DNA from: Deferribacterales bacterium
GTDB lineage: Bacteria > Chrysiogenota > Deferribacteres > Deferribacterales > Geovibrionaceae
DNA length: 40,621 nt
NCBI GenBank assembly: GCA_050253335.1
Contig: JBFWJG010000017.1
Span: 1 to 40,621 of the forward strand
Reading direction: 5' to 3'
Positions within the stretch are counted from its first letter, which is position 1. Each line of letters opens with the position of its first letter. Shown one piece after another: positions 9,877-18,053 of the stretch. The notes under the pieces are model-generated. The model was given only the letters and a program-made list of their open reading frames with translations. It was not told the DNA's origin and did not search any database. The translations under genes were made by a program, and so were the position numbers.

Positions 9877-10837
9877 CATAATCACAAAAACCCTGAGCAA
9901 AAACATCTTTGTCGCCGCCCCCATGGCAGGAGTAAGCACCCCGCCCTTCCGACTCGCAGTGCGTGACTTCTTTGACGGAATAATCTTCTCCGAGATGGTC
10001 TCCGTGGAGGGGCTGATCAGGGGCGGCAAAAAAACCCTTGAGTACATTCACCTCACAGAAAGGGACAACCCTTACGCCATTCAGCTTTTCGGCTCCAGAG
10101 CGGAATCCTTTTCAGATGCCCTGAAAGTATGCGATGAACACTCCGAGGCCGACTTTTACGACATAAACATGGGATGTCCGGTGAAAAAAGTTCTGAAAAG
10201 CGGCAGCGGCGCGGCACTTCTCAAAGATACGGCTAAAATCAGGGAAATAATAAAAGCCGCCAGAAAAGCAACGGGAAAGCCCCTCACAATCAAGATCCGT
10301 CTGGGATGGGACAGAAACAGCATAAATTACCCCGAAGTGCTGGAGATCGCCGCGGGGGAAGGCATCGATGCTGTAAGTCTCCATGGGCGCACCAAAAACG
10401 AAATGTTTTCAGGCGATGTGGATTACGCCCTGATAGCCGATGCGGTAAGAAGAAGCCCTATTCCCTTAATAGGCAACGGAAACGTGGTCTGCACGGAGTC
10501 CTGCCGCCGTATGCTCGAAACAGGTGCGGCGGGGGTGATGATCGGCAGAGGCATGATGAAAGCGCCGTGGATTTTCAAAGCCCTCGCAGAAGGCAGAAAC
10601 CCGGAGGGCTACCTCACTCCGCAGGAAATACACTCGCTCATTTACAGAATGATCAAGTATGAAGCCCTGTACAGGGAAGAAAAATACTACATGGACGCAG
10701 TGAAAAAATATGCTGTCTGGTTCACCAAAGGTCTGCCCGAATCCACTGCTTTCCGTACAGAAATCTACACTGTGAAAACTATGGATGAGACCGTGGAACT
10801 CATTGACAGATATTTTGAAAACCTCCCTTCTGCCTGA
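9851..10837 (+). CDS. dusB: tRNA-dihydrouridine synthase (DusB-like)
   Basis: APMAG, SEMVS, IQLFG, DINMGCP, GSGAALL, KIRLGW, LHGRT, IGNGNV, MIGRG. Confidence 0.9.
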   Translation: MTLSPKSDNIITKTLSKNIFVAAPMAGVSTPPFRLAVRDFFDGIIFSEMVSVEGLIRGGKKTLEYIHLTERDNPYAIQLFGSRAESFSDALKVCDEHSEADFYDINMGCPVKKVLKSGSGAALLKDTAKIREIIKAARKATGKPLTIKIRLGWDRNSINYPEVLEIAAGEGIDAVSLHGRTKNEMFSGDVDYALIADAVRRSPIPLIGNGNVVCTESCRRMLETGAAGVMIGRGMMKAPWIFKALAEGRNPEGYLTPQEIHSLIYRMIKYEALYREEKYYMDAVKKYAVWFTKGLPESTAFRTEIYTVKTMDETVELIDRYFENLPSA

Positions 10838-10898
10838 CAGTTTCAAATATAAGCAGATAATCTTTACAGTTTAATCTGACATTTTTTAACATTTTGGC

Positions 10899-10971
10899 TT
10901 GATAATCACCTCAAAAAGCATATATGATTAGACAGAAACTAACTTTGTTAACACTATTCTTAATAAAGTTA
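10899..10971 (+). promoter_or_regulatory. Putative sigma70 promoter and palindromic operator of the fez-like operon
   Basis: TTGATA (10899-10904), 18 nt, TATGAT (10923-10928). This is followed by the inverted repeat TAACTTTGTTAA-N8-TTAATAAAGTTA (10940-10971, 11/12 match), which ends 3 nt before the GTG start. Confidence 0.45.
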
Positions 10972-10974
10972 TAG

Positions 10975-13194
10975 GTGGCTAAATTGATAGTAATCAAGCA
11001 CTCTCTCAAAGGGCGTATCCGCCTGAAATATAAAAACCTGATCGGCTCCCCTTCCCTAGCTTCCGCTGTGGAGGAAGGACTCCGCAGTATTAAAGGTGTG
11101 AGCGGAGCGAGATGCAGCCACATAGGGGGCAGCATAGTGATAAACTATGACTGCACCGTTGTTCTGCCGTCCGAGCTGATTAAGGCAGTGACAGAAGTGA
11201 AGTCCGCCCCTCGCAGAGCGGCAAAAGAGCCCGCCTGCAAAAGGCAGGGCTGCGTATGCGTAAGGAATGAGGAGCCCAAGGCAGACACAACTGCAACGGA
11301 GTTCGGCATACTTTCCGCCGTTCTCGGCGGCGTTTTCATACGCACAAAAATATTAAGACTGGCTGTCGGCCAGTCCCTGTTCAGCCCGCTTGGGCTAATA
11401 GCGGCCGCTTTCTCTGTTCCGCTCATAGCACGGGCTGTTAAGGACTTCGGCAAAACAGGCAAAGTTTCCCTGAACAGCTTTCTCGGAGCCGGTGTGGCAT
11501 CCGCCGCAATAGCGGGCGAGGCGCTCACTGCCCTTGAAATACTCTGGGTAAACACGGGAAGCGACCTGCTGAACGGCTACGTCACTGAAAAATCCCGCAA
11601 GGCGATAAAAAATATACTGGATGTCACATCCAAGACAGCCTTCGTTTACAGAGACGGGCAGGAGCTTGAAGTCCCCGTGGAGCAGATCCGCACCGGCGAC
11701 ACAGTGGTCATCCACACGGGAGAGAAAATCTCCGTTGACGGTCTCATAACCTGCGGTGAGGCTGCAATAAACGAGGCCTCCATAAACGGCCGCAGCGAGC
11801 TTGTGCACCGCTTCGAGGGTGAACAGGTATTCGCCGGAACCTATGTGCAGAACGGGCTGATATATGTTCAGGCAAGCCATGTGGGTGATGCCACATATCT
11901 TTCAAGGATACTCTGCCTTGTGGAGGACTCCCTCGGAAACAAGGCTCCCATAGAGCTTGAGGCGGACAGACTGGCCAGAAGGCTTGTGAACACAGGCTTC
12001 TGGATGACACTGGGAACCTTCCTCATCACCCGCAATTTTTACAGGGCATTTTCCGTACTGCTGGTGATGACATGCCCCTGCGCAACAGTTCTCGCCGCAT
12101 CCTCCGCCGTAAGCGCGGCAATTTCTAACGCCGCGTCCAGGGGCATACTTATCAAAGGGGGCAGATACCTTGAGGAAGCAGGTTCGCAGGAATCATTCTG
12201 CTTCGACAAAACAGGCACAATCACCACTGATGAACCGAAGGTTATCTCCATCATCCCCGTTAAAGGAAAAACCGAGTACGATGTAATATATTCAGCATAT
12301 ACGGCAGAGCTCCACAACAGGCACCCCGTCGCCGTGGCCATACGCGACAAGGCGCGGGAGATGTGCAGCACGGAAAGCACCCACGCCGTGTGCGAAACCA
12401 TCCTCGGAATGGGCGTGCGGGCGGAATCCATGGGCAGGGAGATCTTCATCGGCAACGCCAAGCTGATGAACAAGTACGGCATAAATATCTCCAAGCTCAC
12501 CAAAGCGAGGGATGAGGCGGAAAAGCTCGGTTTAAGCGTCATATATGTGGCGGAAGACGGAAAAGCCATCGGTATTCTCACTGTGGAAAACAGGCAGAAG
12601 GATAATGTTGAGGCTGTTATAAAAGGGCTCCGTGAGGAAGGGGTGAAGGAGTTCATCCTTGTTACCGGAGATGAAAAATACTCCGCTCAGGCTATGGCGG
12701 ACAGGCTGGGCTTCAACAAATGCCACTACTCCGTTCTGCCCGAACAGAAGGCGGACATAGTGGCTGAGATTCAGCAGTACCATAAGGTTACCATGATAGG
12801 CGACGGCATAAACGATGTGCTGGCGCTTGCCAAGGCGGATCTGGGCATAGCCATGGGTGCGGCGGGGTCTGACGTTGCTGTGGAAGCGGCGGACATAGCC
12901 CTTGTGGACGATGACCTTGAAAAAATACTTTACCTGAGGAAACTCAGCAGAAAGACAAAGGAAGTAATACACCAGAACTTCATGCTCGCGACAGGCTCAA
13001 ATGTGGCGGGCGCGTTTCTCGGCGCGGCGGGTCTTCTGCCGCCGGTTATGGCAGGTCTCCTGCACATAGCCCACACTGCGGGTGTTCTGGCAAACTCTTC
13101 CAGACTTTTAAAATATGAAATGCAGCCTCTCGACGTTCTAGAGACGGAAGCGGTTGAATTAACGGAGGATGGGGAAAAATGCTCGAAGATTTAA
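10975..13194 (+). CDS. Heavy-metal P1B-type ATPase, second ATPase of the ferrosome-like cluster (FezH-like)
   Basis: N-terminal HMA-like domain (HSLKGRIRLK), intramembrane CPC (VMTCPCA), FDKTGT, HP, TGD, MIGDGIND, C-terminal HxxH TM motif. The actuator TGE reads INGRSE. Confidence 0.9.
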   Translation: MAKLIVIKHSLKGRIRLKYKNLIGSPSLASAVEEGLRSIKGVSGARCSHIGGSIVINYDCTVVLPSELIKAVTEVKSAPRRAAKEPACKRQGCVCVRNEEPKADTTATEFGILSAVLGGVFIRTKILRLAVGQSLFSPLGLIAAAFSVPLIARAVKDFGKTGKVSLNSFLGAGVASAAIAGEALTALEILWVNTGSDLLNGYVTEKSRKAIKNILDVTSKTAFVYRDGQELEVPVEQIRTGDTVVIHTGEKISVDGLITCGEAAINEASINGRSELVHRFEGEQVFAGTYVQNGLIYVQASHVGDATYLSRILCLVEDSLGNKAPIELEADRLARRLVNTGFWMTLGTFLITRNFYRAFSVLLVMTCPCATVLAASSAVSAAISNAASRGILIKGGRYLEEAGSQESFCFDKTGTITTDEPKVISIIPVKGKTEYDVIYSAYTAELHNRHPVAVAIRDKAREMCSTESTHAVCETILGMGVRAESMGREIFIGNAKLMNKYGINISKLTKARDEAEKLGLSVIYVAEDGKAIGILTVENRQKDNVEAVIKGLREEGVKEFILVTGDEKYSAQAMADRLGFNKCHYSVLPEQKADIVAEIQQYHKVTMIGDGINDVLALAKADLGIAMGAAGSDVAVEAADIALVDDDLEKILYLRKLSRKTKEVIHQNFMLATGSNVAGAFLGAAGLLPPVMAGLLHIAHTAGVLANSSRLLKYEMQPLDVLETEAVELTEDGEKCSKI

Positions 13195-13484
13195 TCGCGG
13201 CGAAAAAATACGTCACGGTGGTTCACCATGTGGAAGGAAGGATAAGGCTCAAGGTTGACCCCTCCGTGGTGAAGGACCCCGTAAGCAAGAAACTTGAACA
13301 GATAAGCAGCAGCCTCCCCGGTGTGCTCGACACAAGGGTGAACATAATGGCGCGCTCAGTGGTTATACGCTACGACCCGAACATAATAGACCCGAAAACA
13401 TTTGAAAACCTGATAACAACAAAAGATACAGAAATTTGCAGAGAGATACTCAAACGTTACGAGGACACTTACATGCAAAGTTAA
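13179..13484 (+). CDS. Small HMA-like (HMA2) domain protein, FezC-like
   Basis: VVHHVEGRIRLK...LPGVLDTRVNIMARSVVIRYDP. Same Cys-less HxxxGRxR signature as the N-termini of both ATPases. RBS GGAGG upstream; overlaps the ATPase stop. Confidence 0.8.
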   Translation: MLEDLIAAKKYVTVVHHVEGRIRLKVDPSVVKDPVSKKLEQISSSLPGVLDTRVNIMARSVVIRYDPNIIDPKTFENLITTKDTEICREILKRYEDTYMQS

Positions 13485-13495
13485 GGAGGCAGTAA

Positions 13496-14179
13496 ATGGG
13501 AAAAAAAGCCGCTGATGCGGAAAATCCCGTAAAGGAAGAAAGCTGCACCGATAAGCCGCAGAAAGATTCTGCATCGGGAAAAGAAAAAACAACGGAAAAC
13601 CCTCCTCAGAATGCCTTCAGAGCATCGGAGAAACCGGAAAGCGCAGAAGAAGCGCACGCCGGAAACCAAACGGAAATACCCCACGGATACGCACCAAACG
13701 GAGAAGAGTTCACAGGTATGCCTGAATACGGATTTCAGCAGCCGCCCTACGGCCATATGCCGCCGCCTCCCCCTCCTTACGGATACGGCTATATGCCGCC
13801 TCAGCCGCCTTACGGGTATATGCCTCAGATGCCGTACGGATATATGCCGCCACCCCCGCCGCCATACGGTTACATGCCGCCTCAGCCGCCTTACGGCTAT
13901 ATGCCGCAAATGCCTCATGGGGCACACCACACAGAGCACCACGGGGAAGACCCCTTCGGCATGCTCTTCGGCAAATTCGGGGAGATGATCAAGGAAAACC
14001 CCAATCTTTCCGCAGTGGGAAAAATTGCGGATGCGTCAGGAAGCGACTTTATCAAGGGAATGCTGATCGGGGCGGGCGTTGCCATGCTCTTTTCCAACGA
14101 TTCCATAAAGGATTCACTGATGAGTATTTTCTCTAAAACACTCGGCGGCATGACAGACGATGCCGAAGAGACCGAATAA
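13496..14179 (+). CDS. Membrane protein with Pro/Tyr/Met-rich repeats and a C-terminal GxxxG helix (YtxH-like, ferrosome accessory)
   Basis: RBS AAGGAGG. Acidic disordered N-terminus, PYGYMP repeats, HGAHHTEHHG, then SDFIKGMLIGAGVAMLFSN. Confidence 0.8.
   Translation: MGKKAADAENPVKEESCTDKPQKDSASGKEKTTENPPQNAFRASEKPESAEEAHAGNQTEIPHGYAPNGEEFTGMPEYGFQQPPYGHMPPPPPPYGYGYMPPQPPYGYMPQMPYGYMPPPPPPYGYMPPQPPYGYMPQMPHGAHHTEHHGEDPFGMLFGKFGEMIKENPNLSAVGKIADASGSDFIKGMLIGAGVAMLFSNDSIKDSLMSIFSKTLGGMTDDAEETE
13742..13921 (+). repeat. Coding low-complexity repeat: six PYG(Y/H)MP-type units arranged as two ~27-29 aa blocks
   Basis: PYGHMPPPPPPYGYGYMPPQPPYGYMPQM followed by PYGYMPPPPPPYGYMPPQPPYGYMPQM. The copies use different synonymous codons. 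Confidence 0.9.
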
Positions 14180-14191
14180 GGAGGATTTTTT

Positions 14192-14596
14192 ATGCACCAT
14201 CTGGCAAAAGCGGCCGCGGGAGCCTCTCTCATAGGGGCGGCGGCAGGCGCTGTAGTGGGCGGAGCAGTTTCCGCAGCAAAACAGGCGCAGGATGTTAAGG
14301 AAGGAAAAATCACCAAGGAAGAAGCGGCCAAAAGAACCGCAAAAGACGCGGCAGGCGCAGGAGCGGCGACAGCAGTGGGCGTTGCGGCTGTGAGCCTTCT
14401 CAGGCTCGGCGGCGTTTTCGGCATACTCACGGTTTTTGCCGTTGCCGCAGGCACAAAATACCTTCTGGACACCGAAGGCAAAAAGACCTGTAAAAAAGTG
14501 AAAGCAGCAGCAGGCAAAGCCGCCGGAAAAGTAAGCGAAGCGGCAGCCTCCGTCAGTGAAAAGCTTAAAGACGAAGAACCCTTGAAATCAGAATAA
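14192..14596 (+). CDS. MamC-like Gly/Ala-rich membrane protein (ferrosome accessory, FezD-like)
   Basis: GAVVGGAVSAAKQAQDVKEGKITKEEAAKRTAKDAAGAGAATA...VAAGTKYLLD follows the MamC/Mms13 pattern as I recall it (GALVGGAAALAKN...ITNTEAA...GAGLATA...AAKYAWD). RBS AAGGAGG. Confidence 0.78.
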   Translation: MHHLAKAAAGASLIGAAAGAVVGGAVSAAKQAQDVKEGKITKEEAAKRTAKDAAGAGAATAVGVAAVSLLRLGGVFGILTVFAVAAGTKYLLDTEGKKTCKKVKAAAGKAAGKVSEAAASVSEKLKDEEPLKSE

Positions 14597-14617
14597 TATA
14601 TAAAAAAGGAGATTGAC

Positions 14618-14932
14618 ATGAGCGATCAGAAACAGAATCCCCAGAACCCTCAGGCACCCCACTACGGATATTACCCCTACCCCTACCCTCCCCAGCAGCA
14701 GTATGCGGATCCTTCCGTTTACCCCCATCTTAAACAGTGGTTCAACTTCCGTGAACCCAGCTATGTAAAAGGCTTCGCAGTGGGTGCGGGCATTGCCCTT
14801 CTGCTCACCAACCCCACAGTTAAAAAAGCCATAGTCAAAGGCGTTGTTAAGGTTTGGGGCGGACTTCAGTCCGGCGTTGAAGAGCTGAAAGAGCAGATCA
14901 GGGATGTTCAGGCGGAAGTCGAAGGAGAATAA
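14618..14932 (+). CDS. Small GxxxG membrane protein with a Gln/Pro/Tyr-rich N-terminus and C-terminal coiled coil (YtxH-like/FezA-like)
   Basis: QNPQNPQAPHYGYYPYPYPPQQQY; SYVKGFAVGAGIALLLTNPTVKK; GVEELKEQIRDVQAE. RBS AAGGAG. Confidence 0.8.
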   Translation: MSDQKQNPQNPQAPHYGYYPYPYPPQQQYADPSVYPHLKQWFNFREPSYVKGFAVGAGIALLLTNPTVKKAIVKGVVKVWGGLQSGVEELKEQIRDVQAEVEGE

Positions 14933-14934
14933 GC

Positions 14935-15156
14935 GTGAGCGGCGAAAAGAAGGCGGCGAAGAAGAAAAATCCGTCCGCCGTAATGCGAAAACGCAGGCTG
15001 GTCAAAAACGCCATGATACTCACCATGGCGGCGACTGTTGTCTCAGGGTTCGGTAAAGGCAAGGCGGCAAAGCATGTGCACATAGCCGCCGGATGCGCCC
15101 TTGTGGGTTTAAGTATTTACCACAACTACCTTTACCCTGAAAATATGAAAAGTTAG
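14935..15156 (+). CDS. Small two-TM membrane protein with paired histidines
   Basis: GTG start after GGAGA. Basic N-terminus, hydrophobic helix, then KHVHIAAGCALVGLSIYH. Fills the gap within the operon. Confidence 0.7.
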   Translation: MSGEKKAAKKKNPSAVMRKRRLVKNAMILTMAATVVSGFGKGKAAKHVHIAAGCALVGLSIYHNYLYPENMKS

Positions 15157-15179
15157 AAGGTGCTGTCATTTTAGGCTCA

Positions 15180-17279
15180 ATGTTTTTCACCGGACTTGAA
15201 AAGGTCGGAATAGTGCATGACATGCCGGGGCGAATCCGTCTCAAGGCTCCCGTTCTGGGCAATCCCGCTCTGGATGCAACCCTTGTGGAATCCGGTCTGG
15301 AGCAGATTAAGGGCGTGAAATCCGTCCGTGTGAACCAGAAGGCCAAAACGGCAGTGGTCAACTTTGACAAAAATACAGATGTACGGGGCGATGTTCTGGA
15401 TGTTCTCTCAGCGTTCAGCCATACGGTTTTCAACGCGGAGGAGGAACTCCAGAACTCTCCGGATTTAATCAATGTCTACTGGGCGGGAACAATGTGGATT
15501 CTCAAGCTGTTCCTGCCGCAGGGGCTTAGGCGCCCGCTTACTTATCTCGGCGCCGCACCTATCCTCATGGAGGGTATAGAAACTCTGTTCACCAGAGGAC
15601 TCAAGGTCGAAGTGCTGGACGCGGCGGTTATCTCCATGCTGCTTGCCAGAAAGGACTACTTCACCGCAGGCTCCATAACCTTCCTGCTTAATCTGGGACA
15701 TTATCTTGAGGAATCCGCCGAGTACAGATCCGACAAAATGCTGAAAAGCCTTATCAAGCCCGAAGTGGAATACGTCTGGGTTGTCAGGGGGCAGTCGGAA
15801 GAAAAAACGGCGGTCACCGATCTCCAGATTGGCGATATGGTGCGCGCGGGCTCAGGGGAGATGATACCTGTGGACGGCAAAGTCGCCTCCGGAGAGGGGC
15901 TTGTGAATCAGGCCTCGGTGACAGGCGAAAGTCTGCCTGTTCACATCAAGCCGGGTGACTACGTATATTCCGGCACAGTGATGGCCGAAGGAAAAATCAT
16001 CATCGAAGCCGAAAAGGTCGGCTCCGAAACAACAACTGCCCGCATAGCCAAATTCATAAGCAATTCTCTGAAAAACAAATCCAGAACGGAAGTGAAAGCC
16101 TTCGCCGCGGCTGACAAAATGGTTCCAGTGACCTTTGCCGCAGGGCTTGCGACCCTGCTTCTCACAAGGGATTTCAGGCGTGCGTCCTCTGTTCTTTCCG
16201 TGGACTATTCATGCGCGCTCCAGCTTGTCACGCCGACAGCGATCAAGGCCAGCATGTTCAACGCCGCAACAGAAGGCATATTCATCAAGGGCGCTCAGGC
16301 CCTTGAAAACCTTGCGGAAATAGACACTATCATCTTTGACAAAACAGGAACGCTCACAAAAGGGATGCTCTCCGTAACGGAGGTTCAGCCCTATAACGGA
16401 TATAATGAAAACGAAATAGTCAGAATCGCGGCCTCTGCCGAGGAATACTACTCACACCCCATAGCCTCCGCCGTTGTGAAGGAGGCCGAAAACCGCGGCC
16501 TCAAAACAGAGCAGACAGGCGAGGTGGACTTCATCATAGCCCACGGCGTTTCCGCCTATGTGGGGGGCAAAAACGTCCTTGTGGGGAGCCACCATTTCGT
16601 GGCGGAGGATGAAAAAATCGTCTGCTGTTTCGCTGATGAAGACGCAGGCAGAATGCGCAAAAAGGGGCAGACAATACTTTATGTCGCTATAGACGGGAAG
16701 CTCTGCGGGCTGATTGCGCTCAAAGATACCTTGCGCGATGAATCGGCTCAGGTTATAAAAGAGCTAAAGAAGCACGGCGTTAGAAAGACCGTTATGCTCA
16801 CCGGCGACCACCGTGATTCCGCACTGCATGTGGCGGAACTGCTCGGAATAGACGAAGTTTATTATGAAATGAAGCCCGAAGACAAAGCGGGCATAGTGAA
16901 ACAGCTTAAAAATCAGGGGTGCAGAATCGCCTTCGCAGGAGACGGTGTGAACGACGCACCCGCCCTGCTCACCGCAGATGTGGGCATCAGCCTTCCTCAG
17001 GGGGCGGATCTCGCTAAAGAGACAGCCGCAGTCATACTCCTTAGGGAAGACCTCATGGGAATAGTCAAAGCAAGGGTTCTTGCTGTGAAAACCATGAAGG
17101 TCATAAGGCAGATGTTCCGGTTTAACATAGGCGTGAACACCGCCACCGTTGCTCTCTCGCTCATGGGCAGAATAAGCCCGCTGGCAAGCGCTCTGCTCCA
17201 CAACGGAACCACGCTTTCGACACTGATTTACGCCCTCAGCCTCTCCTCCTACGGCGTAAAAAGAAAAAAGGAGAAGTAG
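15180..17279 (+). CDS. fezB: P1B-6 type ATPase, ferrosome iron transporter FezB-like
   Basis: N-terminal HDMPGRIRLK, intact TGES, SVLSVDYSCAL (P1B-6 DYSC motif), IFDKTGT, HP, GDGVND, LLHNGTT (HNxxT). Confidence 0.88.
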   Translation: MFFTGLEKVGIVHDMPGRIRLKAPVLGNPALDATLVESGLEQIKGVKSVRVNQKAKTAVVNFDKNTDVRGDVLDVLSAFSHTVFNAEEELQNSPDLINVYWAGTMWILKLFLPQGLRRPLTYLGAAPILMEGIETLFTRGLKVEVLDAAVISMLLARKDYFTAGSITFLLNLGHYLEESAEYRSDKMLKSLIKPEVEYVWVVRGQSEEKTAVTDLQIGDMVRAGSGEMIPVDGKVASGEGLVNQASVTGESLPVHIKPGDYVYSGTVMAEGKIIIEAEKVGSETTTARIAKFISNSLKNKSRTEVKAFAAADKMVPVTFAAGLATLLLTRDFRRASSVLSVDYSCALQLVTPTAIKASMFNAATEGIFIKGAQALENLAEIDTIIFDKTGTLTKGMLSVTEVQPYNGYNENEIVRIAASAEEYYSHPIASAVVKEAENRGLKTEQTGEVDFIIAHGVSAYVGGKNVLVGSHHFVAEDEKIVCCFADEDAGRMRKKGQTILYVAIDGKLCGLIALKDTLRDESAQVIKELKKHGVRKTVMLTGDHRDSALHVAELLGIDEVYYEMKPEDKAGIVKQLKNQGCRIAFAGDGVNDAPALLTADVGISLPQGADLAKETAAVILLREDLMGIVKARVLAVKTMKVIRQMFRFNIGVNTATVALSLMGRISPLASALLHNGTTLSTLIYALSLSSYGVKRKKEK

Positions 17280-17999
17280 ATGCTTAACCTTCAACACGCC
17301 GAAAGCGGCCTCTGCTACATAATCAAAGGAACCCCGCAGGGGGAATCCGCCCAGAAGCTCGCTTCTCTTGGGCTTTATAAAGGCAGTGCCGTGACAAAGC
17401 TCGAAACTGATGACATAAAATATCCCACCGTCAAAGTTGACACAAAAAACGGAGTAAGGGTTATAAGCGGTCAGCTCGCAAAGCATATCACTGTCCGTGC
17501 GGGCTCAGGAGAGCCGAAACCATTTTACACTGCCCCCCTTTCATCCACAGTAATCACCCATAATCTCGGCAGGTGCGATAAAAACGCCGCCAGACTCGCC
17601 ATGCTCGGCATAAAGGAAAGAATAAAGCTGAAAATAATAAAATACCTGCCACCTATGGAGTATGTTGTTATGGTTAATCACAAAAACCGTGTGCGCATTT
17701 CAGAGGCTGTCGCCGCAATGATAATAGGCGATACGGAGAACAGGAAGAATTTTCAGTTCACATTCTCACCCAAAGGGGCGGAATTTAAAGTTAAAGGCAT
17801 AGCGGCAGGGAAGAAAATAACCGCCTTCCTCTGCGGTGTCGATATATGCACAGGCTCCGTAATAAGCATGGAAGGAATAGAAAGCGGAAAGCGGGTGGAT
17901 CTTGATGCTGAGCAAGATGTCGTTCTCCACACTCATGAAGGGCTTATAATAACCATGTCCGCAAAAACCGCCTCAATGATCGAAGTCGGCCATCATTAA
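17280..17999 (+). CDS. Tandem FeoA-domain protein
   Basis: Repeated FeoA-like segments (QKLASLGLYKGSAV, RLAMLGIKE, FLCGVDICTGSVI) with RVISGQLAKHITV and MSAKTASMIEV ends. Starts immediately after the fezB stop. Confidence 0.65.
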   Translation: MLNLQHAESGLCYIIKGTPQGESAQKLASLGLYKGSAVTKLETDDIKYPTVKVDTKNGVRVISGQLAKHITVRAGSGEPKPFYTAPLSSTVITHNLGRCDKNAARLAMLGIKERIKLKIIKYLPPMEYVVMVNHKNRVRISEAVAAMIIGDTENRKNFQFTFSPKGAEFKVKGIAAGKKITAFLCGVDICTGSVISMEGIESGKRVDLDAEQDVVLHTHEGLIITMSAKTASMIEVGHH

Positions 18000-18053
18000 A
18001 AACCGCACATCCTGCTCTTGTGTTCGTACTGACAGCGTTTAATCGGCTATTTC

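Noticed and set aside
14192..14596. Magnetosome island
   Set aside because: Only a MamC-like gene is present. No mamA/B/E/K/M/Q genes are in the window, and the context is a P1B-6 ATPase cluster.
10975..17279. Cu/Zn/Cd resistance operon
   Set aside because: There are no CxxC HMA domains and no MerR/ArsR/CsoR regulator. The DYSC/HNxxT motifs, GxxxG proteins and FeoA point to iron storage.
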